Positions 18,453 through 27,089 of a stretch of 64,000 nucleotides of DNA are shown here, piece by piece (within the stretch, counting starts at the first letter, position 1; every line of letters starts with the position of its first letter). Origin of the DNA: an uncultured bacterium (lineage in GTDB: Bacteria; Actinomycetota; Acidimicrobiia; Spongiisociales; UBA5794); contig CAVZRA010000004.1 in the NCBI GenBank assembly GCA_963777645.1, positions 288,060 to 352,059 on the forward strand, given 5' to 3'. The notes below the pieces were generated by a model. The model worked only from the letters and a program-made list of their open reading frames with translations. It did not search any database and was not told the DNA's origin. A program made the translations under genes and the position numbers.

Positions 18453-19654
18453 CGCTCGCCGACCGAAACCGCGATCACGTTTTCAATCGCCTCCAGCTTG
18501 CTCGTTGTCTCAGTAGAAAGGGAACCGGATACGTGGATGAGCGCAGAAGCGGCAGCACCTCCCGACAGGATGAAGTTCTCCATGTTCTCGACGTTGAGGC
18601 CGGCTTCCCGAAGGGTGCTGAGCACGGCGGCAAGCACTCCGACACGATTGAGGTGGCGAACGGTCACAGTCCCAGATTCGCCTGTGCCATCACTCAGGTT
18701 CACACAGTTGAGAAGCTCACCGTGCTCAAAAGCGCGCAACACCTCGACTGTCGCGTCTGCAATCGCGGTCTGTGCCTGATCGGTGGAAGCCCCGATGTGG
18801 TGGGTTCCGTAGACGGCGGGATGTCGGGCGAGTGTCGACTCGAACGGCGCGTCGCCGGAGGCGGGCTCGTCCCGATACACGTCGAGGCCCACCCGGAGGT
18901 GCTTGGCGTCGATGGCATCCAATAATGCTCCCTCGTCGATGATGTTGCCTCGTGATGTGTTGATGATTACCGTCCCCGGTCTCACCTGTTCCAGCAGCGC
19001 CCGGGATACAAGACCCTCGGTCTGTGATGTTGCCGGTACGTGGAAGCTGAGAATGTCGCACGAGGCGGCAAGCGCGTCCAGATCGGGTTCGAAGCGCGCC
19101 TCCATACCGCGCAGTTCATGGGTGATCTCAGGGTCTCGATCCGGCCGGTCAATGACCGCGAGCTCCATGGCGAAGGCATGGGCTCGCCTTGCCACCTCGA
19201 GACCGATGGCGCCCAATCCGACGATTCCGATCGACCTTCCGGAGAGACCGGCGGTCTTGCCGTAACGCTTCTTGTGCCACTCCCCGTTGCGCAGGTCTCG
19301 TACCTGGTCGGGGATGTTGCGATCGATGGCGAGGATCAATCCCATCGCAAGCTCGGCGACGGCCACCGAGTTCTTGCCAGGGGTGTTGCAAACGAAGATG
19401 CCCTTCTCGGCCGCATAACCAGCGGCGATCGTGTTGACGCCGGCTCCGGCGCGCAAGACGAGATTCAGCTTGTCCCCGGCATCGATGGTTGCCTCGGTGA
19501 CCCGGGTTGACCGAACGACCAGCACCTCATATCCGGGGATCGCACCGGGCAGGTCTTCGGCGGACAATGCCGGCTCGAGGGTGACATCGTGGCCGAGCTC
19601 ATTCAGCTTCGCCACATGGGTCTCAGAGAACTTATCTGCAATCAGAACCTTCAC
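18449..19654 (-). CDS. serA: D-3-phosphoglycerate dehydrogenase-like 2-hydroxyacid dehydrogenase with C-terminal ACT domain
   Basis: NAD-binding GIVGLGAIGLEVARR and catalytic HIGAST. The C-terminal VTVRHLNRVGVLAAVLSTLREAGLNVENMEN is ACT-like. Confidence 0.75.
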   Translation of the reverse strand: MKVLIADKFSETHVAKLNELGHDVTLEPALSAEDLPGAIPGYEVLVVRSTRVTEATIDAGDKLNLVLRAGAGVNTIAAGYAAEKGIFVCNTPGKNSVAVAELAMGLILAIDRNIPDQVRDLRNGEWHKKRYGKTAGLSGRSIGIVGLGAIGLEVARRAHAFAMELAVIDRPDRDPEITHELRGMEARFEPDLDALAASCDILSFHVPATSQTEGLVSRALLEQVRPGTVIINTSRGNIIDEGALLDAIDAKHLRVGLDVYRDEPASGDAPFESTLARHPAVYGTHHIGASTDQAQTAIADATVEVLRAFEHGELLNCVNLSDGTGESGTVTVRHLNRVGVLAAVLSTLREAGLNVENMENFILSGGAAASALIHVSGSLSTETTSKLEAIENVIAVSVGER

Positions 19655-19924
19655 GCCAATTCTCCTGTCGAGGTGATGCGCCCGACGGCGCGATCTTCAT
19701 CTTTACACTTCGTTCAAGTGTGGCCAAGTGCGCAGGCGAACATGGAGCAGTCGAGGTGACCAGCATCGAGCTCGCAAACGCCGGGATATGCGACAACATC
19801 GTCGCGGTTGCACAGGATGGGAAACTCTGGGTAGGAGCATCACCAACCAGTTGCTGCCAAAGTATGGTCCATGTCAGAAGCCGTATACTTCTGTCTTACC
19901 TTTTCTGAAAGGGAGAGTGTTTTT

Positions 19925-21211
19925 ATGAAGAGTTTCAATGGCAGAATGTGGGCCGCACTGCTGCTCGCATTCGCACTATTCGTTGCCGCGTGCGGTGGCA
20001 GCGGAAGCGACGAGACAACGACAACCGGCGCGTCGGAAACGACTGCCGCAGGTTCCGAGACAACAGCCGCGGGGGGCACAGAGACCACCGCTGCACCGAG
20101 CGGCGAGCCGCTCGTATTCGGCATGGTGCTGGTCGGCCCCAAAGACGACCACGGTTGGTCGCAGGCCAACTACGACGCCGGTCAGTATCTCGTCGACAAG
20201 CTCGGCGCGGAGATGATCGTGCGCGAGTCCATAAACCCGTCAGACAGCCCGGAGACCACGGTTGACCAGGTCATCAATGACATGGTCGCCCAGGGGGCTC
20301 AGCTGGTATTCGCCACCTCGGACGACATGAAAGATGGCGTGGAGTTGGCGGCAGAGGCGAACCCTGATGTCCCGATGATCTGGACCTCAGGAGACAGCGC
20401 CTGGGCCGACGGCAAGGACTACCGGAGCGATCTGACCAATCTCGGCAACGTCATGGGCAAGATGATTTATGGAAAGATGATTGCCGGATGCGCCGCGGCG
20501 CTCCAGTCCGAGACCGGTGAGATCGGATACCTGGGACCGCTGATCAACGATGAGACCCGCCGGTTGGTTTCCTCGGTATACCTGGGCGCCAAGTACTGCT
20601 GGGGCGAGAAGGGCAACGATCCGGCAAGCCTCCAGTTCTCTGTGAAGTGGATCGGCTTCTGGTTCGAGATCCCGGGCGTGACGCTCAACCCGACCGACGT
20701 AGTCAACGAGTTCTATGACGGTGGCGCTGACGTTGTTATCTCCGGCATCGACACCACCCAGGCCATCGTGCGTGGCGGCCAGCGCGCCGCCGCCGGCGAC
20801 AAGGTCTGGGCAATCCCATACGACTACAAGGGCGGCTGTTCGGAAGCCGAGGACATCTGTCTCGGTGTGCCGTACTTCAATTGGGGCCCGGCGTACCTCG
20901 ACATTGCACAGTCCGTGCTCGACGGTACCTACCAGGCACAGTTCCAGTGGCTCGCACCCGACTGGACCGACATCAACAACCCCGATACGAGCATCGTCGG
21001 TTGGGTGGACGGCAATGGCCTGTCGGCCGCCAATGTTGATAAGCTCAACAGCTTTATCGCCGGGCTCGGTGATGGTTCGATCAACCTCTGGTCCGGTCCG
21101 CTCAACTACCAGGATGGCTCGGCGTTCCTCGCCGACGGAGAGACGGCAACCGATACCCAGATCTGGTATTTGCCTCAATTGCTCGAGGGCATGCAGGGTG
21201 CCAGCGAGTAG
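19925..21211 (+). CDS. BMP family (basic membrane protein) ABC transporter substrate-binding lipoprotein, nucleoside-type
   Basis: MKSFNGRMWAALLLAFALFVAACGG lipobox followed by a Thr-rich linker. The body is BMP/PnrA-like. SD GGGAGAG lies upstream of the ATG at 19925. Confidence 0.8.
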   Translation: MKSFNGRMWAALLLAFALFVAACGGSGSDETTTTGASETTAAGSETTAAGGTETTAAPSGEPLVFGMVLVGPKDDHGWSQANYDAGQYLVDKLGAEMIVRESINPSDSPETTVDQVINDMVAQGAQLVFATSDDMKDGVELAAEANPDVPMIWTSGDSAWADGKDYRSDLTNLGNVMGKMIYGKMIAGCAAALQSETGEIGYLGPLINDETRRLVSSVYLGAKYCWGEKGNDPASLQFSVKWIGFWFEIPGVTLNPTDVVNEFYDGGADVVISGIDTTQAIVRGGQRAAAGDKVWAIPYDYKGGCSEAEDICLGVPYFNWGPAYLDIAQSVLDGTYQAQFQWLAPDWTDINNPDTSIVGWVDGNGLSAANVDKLNSFIAGLGDGSINLWSGPLNYQDGSAFLADGETATDTQIWYLPQLLEGMQGASE

Positions 21212-21227
21212 ACAATCGAAGTGAGCT

Positions 21228-21253
21228 GAGGGGGCGCCGGGAGGCGCCCCCTC
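21228..21253 (+). terminator. GC-rich intra-operon hairpin after the binding-protein gene (attenuator or partial terminator)
   Basis: GAGGGGGCGCC-ggga-GGCGCCCCCTC, an 11-bp stem 17 nt after the stop, with no clear U-tract. Confidence 0.45.
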
Positions 21254-21261
21254 TTCACAAG

Positions 21262-21361
21262 CTAGGAGGGTGGTGATCAATCACGGTGAAGGCTGCCGGT
21301 GCTCCGACAGATCAATGTCGTCGAGCAGCTACCGAGCCTGAACTCGAATTGTTCAGCACAC
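21262..21361 (+). repeat. Conserved intergenic element, copy A (paired with 52739-52855)
   Basis: About 80 of 100 alignable positions are identical to copy B by my manual alignment. It starts CTAGGAGG, has the palindrome GTGATCAATCAC (21273-21284) and ATCAATG, and ends GAACTCGAATTGTTCAGCACAC 22 nt before the ATG at 21383. Confidence 0.6.
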
Positions 21362-21382
21362 TCACACGGGAGAGGGAGATCG

Positions 21383-22849
21383 ATGCTCGAGCTGCTTGAT
21401 ATCCACAAGCACTTCGGCCCGGTGCGTGCCAACGACGGTGTCACCATGCGCGTTGAGGCCGGAACCATCCACGGTCTGCTTGGCGAGAATGGGGCGGGCA
21501 AGTCGACGCTGATGAAGGTGCTTGCCGGCTTCATCTCCGCCGACAGCGGCCAGATCCTCCTCGGCGATCAACCGCTGGAGGTCAGTAATCCGAGAGAGTC
21601 GGTTGCGGCCGGCATCGGGTTGCTTCACCAGGATCCGCTGCTGTGCCTACCGTTCTCGGTGCTGGAGAATTTCATGCTGGGTCGGCCCGAGAAAGTTGTG
21701 CTCGACCCCGATTCCGCCCGCGCCGAGCTCGAGGAGATGGCGAAGAGCTTCGACTTTCAATTCTCTGCTGATGCCACGGCAAGGTCACTCACGGTCGGAG
21801 AGCGTCAGCAGCTCGAGATCATGCGACTCCTGTCGCTGGGGGTGCGGGTCCTGATCCTGGACGAACCGACGACGGCGATCTCGGCGAGTCAACGGGCTCT
21901 GCTGTTCGCAACCCTCCGGAGACTCGCCAAGGACGGTTTGACCGTGATCTTCGTTTCTCACAAGCTCGAGGAGGTCGAGGAGATCTGTGACCGTGCGACC
22001 ATCCTGCGAGCCGGGCAAGTGACCGGCGATGTCGAGCTTCCGGTGCCCGCCGCCCAACTCGTCGAGCTCATGTTCGGGAAGAACATCGTCCCCGAGGAAC
22101 GCTCGGATGTCCCGATTGGAGATCAGGTCCTCGAGGTGAGGAACGTCACCGCTGCCGAGCGTCTCGTCACGTTGCAGGACGTTTCGCTGCAGGTGGGAGC
22201 AGGCGAGGTGATCGGTCTCGCCGGTTTGGCGGGCAGCGGGCAGCGGACCCTGCTACGGGTTTGTGCGGGCCAACGCAAGCCCGATTCCGGATCCGTATTT
22301 CTCGACGGCAACGACGTGACCAACGTCAGCTACAACGGTCACATGGATCTGGGTGTGCATTGGCTGCCTGCGGATCGACTCGGTCAAGGGCTGGTCGAGG
22401 GTCTATCCATCACCGAGCATTTCGCCCTCGCCGGTGACACTCCGCAAGGTATCCTCGTCGATTGGGACGGGGCTGCCGCAGAGGCGAAGGCCAAGATAAC
22501 CAACTTCTCGGTGAAGGGGACGGTGGCATCGACCCCGGAGTCGCTCTCCGGCGGCAACCAGCAGCGTCTTCTGCTGGCGATGATGCCGGACGAGATCAAG
22601 CTGCTGCTGATGGAGCATCCAACCCGCGGTCTCGACATCGAATCGGCCGAATGGGTGTGGCGCCAGATCCTGGCCAGACGCAATGACGGTACCGCCATTG
22701 TCTTCTCCTCGGCTGATCTGGACGAGTTGCTCCGCTATTCGGATCGCATTCTCGTCTTCTTTGCAGGACGGGTGATGAAGGAAGTGGTGGCCGCCAACTC
22801 CGACACCGAGGAACTGGGTTACCTGATCGGCGGAAAGGAGCGCCAGTGA
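21383..22849 (+). CDS. ABC transporter ATP-binding protein (two fused ABC domains)
   Basis: From the ATG at 21383: MLELLDIHKHFG, Walker A GENGAGKST, and signatures LTVGERQQ and LSGGNQQR. Confidence 0.9.
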   Translation: MLELLDIHKHFGPVRANDGVTMRVEAGTIHGLLGENGAGKSTLMKVLAGFISADSGQILLGDQPLEVSNPRESVAAGIGLLHQDPLLCLPFSVLENFMLGRPEKVVLDPDSARAELEEMAKSFDFQFSADATARSLTVGERQQLEIMRLLSLGVRVLILDEPTTAISASQRALLFATLRRLAKDGLTVIFVSHKLEEVEEICDRATILRAGQVTGDVELPVPAAQLVELMFGKNIVPEERSDVPIGDQVLEVRNVTAAERLVTLQDVSLQVGAGEVIGLAGLAGSGQRTLLRVCAGQRKPDSGSVFLDGNDVTNVSYNGHMDLGVHWLPADRLGQGLVEGLSITEHFALAGDTPQGILVDWDGAAAEAKAKITNFSVKGTVASTPESLSGGNQQRLLLAMMPDEIKLLLMEHPTRGLDIESAEWVWRQILARRNDGTAIVFSSADLDELLRYSDRILVFFAGRVMKEVVAANSDTEELGYLIGGKERQ

Positions 22850-23943
22850 GCGTCGACTTCGACACACGCAAGATCGAGCGGAGACGAGCGCTCCAGAGCA
22901 TGACCATCGCAGTACTGGGTGCATTGATCGTCATCTCGCTGCTCCTGATCGCGTTGGGGGCCAGCCCGATCGAGGCGTTCAAGCTGCTCTTCCAGGGATC
23001 GTTTGGGTCTGTGTCCAAACTGTCGGCAACCCTCCTCGTATGGGTACCACTCGTTATCGCATCAGCTTCGCTGGTGATCACCTACTCGGCAGGGCTGTGG
23101 AATATCGGTGTCGAAGGCCAGATCATCATGGGAGCGATATTCGCCACCTGGGCGGCTCGCACCTTGCCCGGTCCCGGATGGTTAGTGATCTTGTTGGCGA
23201 TCGTGTCCGGCATCATCGGCGGGGTCCTGTGGGGCTTGCTGGTTGGCGTGCTCAAGACGTACGGCGGTGTCAATGAGATTTTCGGCGGTCTCGGGCTCGT
23301 ATTCGTCGCCCAGGGGCTCACCACCTATCTGGTCATCGGCCCGTGGGCTCGTGAGGGCGTCGCCTCCACTTCCGGCACAGACTTGTTCAAACGCGATGTC
23401 TGGTTCCCCAGGATCAGTTACCACGGAGCGCCGCTTGAGATCTCCTGGCTGTCGCTGATCCTGGCTGCTGCGTCGATCGTCGGCGTGTACTACCTGATGC
23501 GAGGCACCATGTTCGGGTTGAAGCTCAAGGCCATCGGAAACAGCATGGCCAGCTCGGCCCGTCTCGGGATACCGTCGAATCGGTACATGCTCGGAGCATT
23601 TGCGGTGGCGGGCGGCATTGCAGGCCTCGCAGGCGTTACCCAGGCGCTGGCTTTCCACCACAAGCTGGTCCCTTCCGTCTCCGGCGGATTCGGGTTCCTC
23701 GGAATTCTCGTGGTGCTACTTGCGGCGTACCGGGCCGCACCGGTGGCACCGCTTGCCCTGTTCTTTGCCGCATTGTCGGTTGGTGCTTCGCAGCTCGAGC
23801 TTCGCCTCGAACTCGATTCATCGGTCGGCGGGGTGATCCAGGGCATGTTGGTGTTGTTCGTTCTGCTTGCCACCGGATGGCAGCGAAGGAGGATCCAGGT
23901 GCGAGCGAGCAGAGCAGCTGCTGCGGTGGGAGGTGACGCATGA
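22846..23943 (+). CDS. ABC transporter permease (BMP/nucleoside system)
   Basis: 365-aa polytopic membrane protein; start overlaps the ATPase stop. Confidence 0.85.
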   Translation: MSVDFDTRKIERRRALQSMTIAVLGALIVISLLLIALGASPIEAFKLLFQGSFGSVSKLSATLLVWVPLVIASASLVITYSAGLWNIGVEGQIIMGAIFATWAARTLPGPGWLVILLAIVSGIIGGVLWGLLVGVLKTYGGVNEIFGGLGLVFVAQGLTTYLVIGPWAREGVASTSGTDLFKRDVWFPRISYHGAPLEISWLSLILAAASIVGVYYLMRGTMFGLKLKAIGNSMASSARLGIPSNRYMLGAFAVAGGIAGLAGVTQALAFHHKLVPSVSGGFGFLGILVVLLAAYRAAPVAPLALFFAALSVGASQLELRLELDSSVGGVIQGMLVLFVLLATGWQRRRIQVRASRAAAAVGGDA

Positions 23944-24938
23944 TCTACGTCATTGCCCTCATCCCTGCCGCCGTTCTGGCGTTCATCGGAGGCGATATCG
24001 ATGTCACGCTGGGAACGATCATCGCAGGCGCCGCACCCCTCATCTACGCCACGATCGGTGAGACCATCACGGAGAAAGCGGGTGTGGTGAACCTGTCTCT
24101 GGACGGCAGCCTGCTGCTGTCGGCGATGGCAGGCTTCGCAGGAGCGTATGTCTCCGGCAGTGTCATTGTCGGGTTCCTTCTCGCAGGAGCAGTGTCCGCG
24201 GCGGTAGCTCTGATCATCGCCTATGCCAGTATCGAGCTGAAGCTCAACCAGATTGCGGTCGGCTTCGTCTTGTTCCTGTTGACGACCGAGCTTTCATCTC
24301 TGCTCGGTACACCCTATGTGCGACAGCCGGGGCCTTCCGTTCCGAAGCTGTCGATACCGCTACTGGCCGACATCCCGTTTTTCGGGAAGGCCCTGTTCCA
24401 GCACAACCTGTCTATCTACGGCAGCATTGTGCTGATTGCGGTCACCTACTGGTTCTTCTACAGAACCCGGTGGGGACTCGAGCTCCAGGCGGTTGGAGAG
24501 CGGCCTGAGGCCGCGTTTGCTCGCGGTATCAGCGTTAGGGCGAGCCGGTACTTCTACACCGCGCTCGGCGGGACACTGGTGGGTTTTGGCGGGGCGGCAT
24601 TCTCCCTCGATCAGAAGTTCGGCTGGTCGGAAGGCCATGTCAGGAACATCGGGTGGATCGCACTAGCCATCGTCATCTTTGGTGGCTGGCATCCGATCCG
24701 GGTGGCGCTGGGCGCCTACCTGTTCGGTGCGCTCCAGGTAACGGCGCTGAAGCTGCAGCCGGTGTTCCCCAACCTGTCCCAGGTGCTGCCGATCCTGCCA
24801 TTCCCGACGATGATCCTGACTCTGGTCGTCATCAACCGACCAGGGTTCCGGGCTCTTGGCGACCGGTTTGTATCGCTGCGGAAGTTCCTTGCTTCCGAGG
24901 CTCCCGCATCTCTCAGTACCAACTTCGAGCAGCAATAG
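23940..24938 (+). CDS. ABC transporter permease (second subunit)
   Basis: 332-aa polytopic membrane protein; ATGA overlap with the preceding permease. Confidence 0.85.
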   Translation: MIYVIALIPAAVLAFIGGDIDVTLGTIIAGAAPLIYATIGETITEKAGVVNLSLDGSLLLSAMAGFAGAYVSGSVIVGFLLAGAVSAAVALIIAYASIELKLNQIAVGFVLFLLTTELSSLLGTPYVRQPGPSVPKLSIPLLADIPFFGKALFQHNLSIYGSIVLIAVTYWFFYRTRWGLELQAVGERPEAAFARGISVRASRYFYTALGGTLVGFGGAAFSLDQKFGWSEGHVRNIGWIALAIVIFGGWHPIRVALGAYLFGALQVTALKLQPVFPNLSQVLPILPFPTMILTLVVINRPGFRALGDRFVSLRKFLASEAPASLSTNFEQQ

Positions 24939-24954
24939 CCCTACCAAACCGCTT

Positions 24955-24996
24955 CTGGCGTTGAATCTGGCCATATATGGCCAGATTCAACGCCAG
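24955..24996. terminator. 42-bp perfect palindrome between convergent genes
   Basis: CTGGCGTTGAATCTGGCCATAT/ATATGGCCAGATTCAACGCCAG, with 21-nt perfect arms and partially complementary flanks (24937-25013). Confidence 0.6.
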
Positions 24997-25003
24997 AACG
25001 GGT

Positions 25004-26020
25004 TTAGGGACGGGAAACGGTCACGTAGTCTTCGAGGGCTGTGAGCAGAGCCGTCTTCTCGGCGTCGGGGAGGAACGTGGCCTCGAGCGAATTGCGGGCG
25101 ATGGTTGCCATCTCATCCAGCGACATGTTGAGCGCATCGCGGGTCCTGATGTAGTTGTCGCCGACGTACCCGCCGAAGTAGGCGGGGTCGTCGGAGTTGA
25201 TGGTCACGTTCAGGTCCAGCTCCAACATGTGGGGGAGTGTGTGATCCTCCAATGTGGCGAACCCGCCAAGCTTGATATTGGAGAGCGGACATACCGTGAG
25301 CGGTACACGGTCGCTAACCAGGCGGGCAACGAGCCGGTCGTCCTCGAGAGCACGGACCCCATGGTCGATGCGCTCGACGTTGAGAAGGTCGAGCGCCTCC
25401 CAGATATATGCGGGCGGTCCCTCCTCGCCGGCATGAGCGACGAGGTGCAGCTGCTCTGAGTTGGCCCGTGCGAACACGTCCGCAAACAGCGATGGGGGGA
25501 AGCCGACTTCGGACGAGTCGAGACCGACACCGATGAATTTGTCCCGGAAAGCAAGGCTCGCCTCCAGCGTCTCCATTGCCGCCGCCGCGGGGAGATGTCT
25601 GAGGAAGCACATGATCAGATCCGTTGAGATCCCCAGCTCCCGACGGGCGGTAGCAAGGGCGGCATCCATCCCGTTCATGAATACCTCGAACGGGAGGCCA
25701 CGCTGGGTGTGGGTCTGCGGGTCGAAGAAGATCTCGGCTCGGCGCACCCCGTCGGCGGCTGCTCGTCGCAGATACGCCAGCGTCATGTCGTAGAAGTCCT
25801 GTTCGGTCTGTAAGGCAGCGGCACCCACGTAATAGATGTCGAGGAACTGCTGGAGGTTGCTGAACTCGTAAGCGGCTCGAAGCTCCTCGACAGACCCATG
25901 GCTGGTGGGGACGCCGTTGCGGAGGGCGATTTCGAACATGAGCTCCGGCTCGAGTGTGCCCTCGATGTGCACGTGCAATTCCGCTTTGGGAAGCCCTCGC
26001 AGGAACTCGTCCGACTCCAT
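25004..26020 (-). CDS. add: Adenosine/adenine deaminase family protein
   Basis: LPKAELHVHIEGTLEPEL metal-binding motif, HAGE and SDDP; 338 aa. Confidence 0.85.
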   Translation of the reverse strand: MESDEFLRGLPKAELHVHIEGTLEPELMFEIALRNGVPTSHGSVEELRAAYEFSNLQQFLDIYYVGAAALQTEQDFYDMTLAYLRRAAADGVRRAEIFFDPQTHTQRGLPFEVFMNGMDAALATARRELGISTDLIMCFLRHLPAAAAMETLEASLAFRDKFIGVGLDSSEVGFPPSLFADVFARANSEQLHLVAHAGEEGPPAYIWEALDLLNVERIDHGVRALEDDRLVARLVSDRVPLTVCPLSNIKLGGFATLEDHTLPHMLELDLNVTINSDDPAYFGGYVGDNYIRTRDALNMSLDEMATIARNSLEATFLPDAEKTALLTALEDYVTVSRP

Positions 26021-26110
26021 GCGCTTGTAACTCCTGGACTAGATCAGTCTCCCGATGCTAATCATGTGATCGCGTGTGGAGTCAGATAGGGTGCAATCCG
26101 GGAGGTTGAG

Positions 26111-27034
26111 ATGAGTTCAGGCTTTGGCTTCTTCTTTGGATCGACACAGCGGCGCGATGCCTTTCGCTGGCGGATCGATCGGGACGATACACCTACGGTG
26201 CTGCGTGATCTCTCCTGGGACTTCGCCGAGCCCGACGAGTATCCCGCCCTGGTGGCGCAGCAGAAGCCGGGGTTCACCGCGTCGAAAGCGGAGAAAGCCT
26301 TGCACGACGCGATTGCGACCGGTGATCCCAGCGAGATAGTCCGTGTTGCCGGCCAGAATCCGAAGTATGCGGCTGCAGGGAATGTGATCGCCGGGCTGCT
26401 CTTCCTGGAGACGATGGAGGGCTACGGGATCGAGATCCTTCAGGGGATTGTCGACCGTGGAGACAACATCGAGAAGGATCACTTCGTCCACAAGTACCTC
26501 CCCGAAGCGGGTCTGAGCGTTGTCATCGCCGAGGGATTGATGGTGCGACTCCCGCTGTCCCGTACCGCCGTCATGCTTCTGCTTGCCGAGCTCTACCAGT
26601 CCCGAGATCGGATCGATGACTCGCTGCAAGTCCTGGGGAGCGCAGAGGCAACCACGCACGTCAGGCTCTCCAAGGCCGAGCTCTACCTCCTACAGGGTCG
26701 CTTCGACGAGGTCATCGCCGCCACCGAGGCCGTGGTCAACGACGATGACATAACCGCGCTCCTGTTGGCCTATCGGGGCCGTGCTCTCCATGAACTAGGC
26801 AGGAACGATGAGGCACTGTCCACGTTCGCGAGAGTGCTGGAGTACCCAAATCGTGCGGCTGCGGTCAAAGCACTCGCACTGATCGGGCGCGGCACTGTTC
26901 ACCAATCACGTGGTGAGCTCATCCTCGCCGAGAACGACTTCACTCAGGCGCTCGTCGAGATTCCGGGGAACCCGGAGGCTCGCCTCCGTATCGAGCAACT
27001 GATCCGAAGCCCCGGTGAGGAAGGCGGAACCTGA
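26111..27034 (+). CDS. Tetratricopeptide-repeat protein
   Basis: The C-terminal half has TPR-like repeats (AELYLLQGRFDEVIAATEAVV; RGRALHELGRNDEALSTFARVLE; GTVHQSRGELILAENDFTQALV). Confidence 0.55.
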   Translation: MSSGFGFFFGSTQRRDAFRWRIDRDDTPTVLRDLSWDFAEPDEYPALVAQQKPGFTASKAEKALHDAIATGDPSEIVRVAGQNPKYAAAGNVIAGLLFLETMEGYGIEILQGIVDRGDNIEKDHFVHKYLPEAGLSVVIAEGLMVRLPLSRTAVMLLLAELYQSRDRIDDSLQVLGSAEATTHVRLSKAELYLLQGRFDEVIAATEAVVNDDDITALLLAYRGRALHELGRNDEALSTFARVLEYPNRAAAVKALALIGRGTVHQSRGELILAENDFTQALVEIPGNPEARLRIEQLIRSPGEEGGT

Positions 27035-27089
27035 TCTCTGCGCTTGATCGGGTAGCCTGCACCAACCCGGGACCTCAGGAGAATGCGCG

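Noticed and set aside
19655-19924. Purine, 2'-dG or ZTP riboswitch upstream of the BMP nucleoside transporter operon (270-bp leader with lower GC).
   Set aside because: I could not find the conserved purine riboswitch junctions (UAUAAU...UUUCUACC...GACUAUG) or the pfl/ZTP core. Only a vague GGGAUAUG resemblance is present.
21270-21338. Small peptide gene inside the conserved element ((V)VINHGEGCRCSDRSMSSSSYRA in copy A, MVIDHGDGSQCHEKSMLSSNC... in copy B).
   Set aside because: The N-terminal similarity simply follows nucleotide identity. Copy A stops after 22 codons. The strongly conserved 3' block is read in different frames in the two copies, and the length difference between them is not a multiple of three. 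Conservation is at the nucleotide level.
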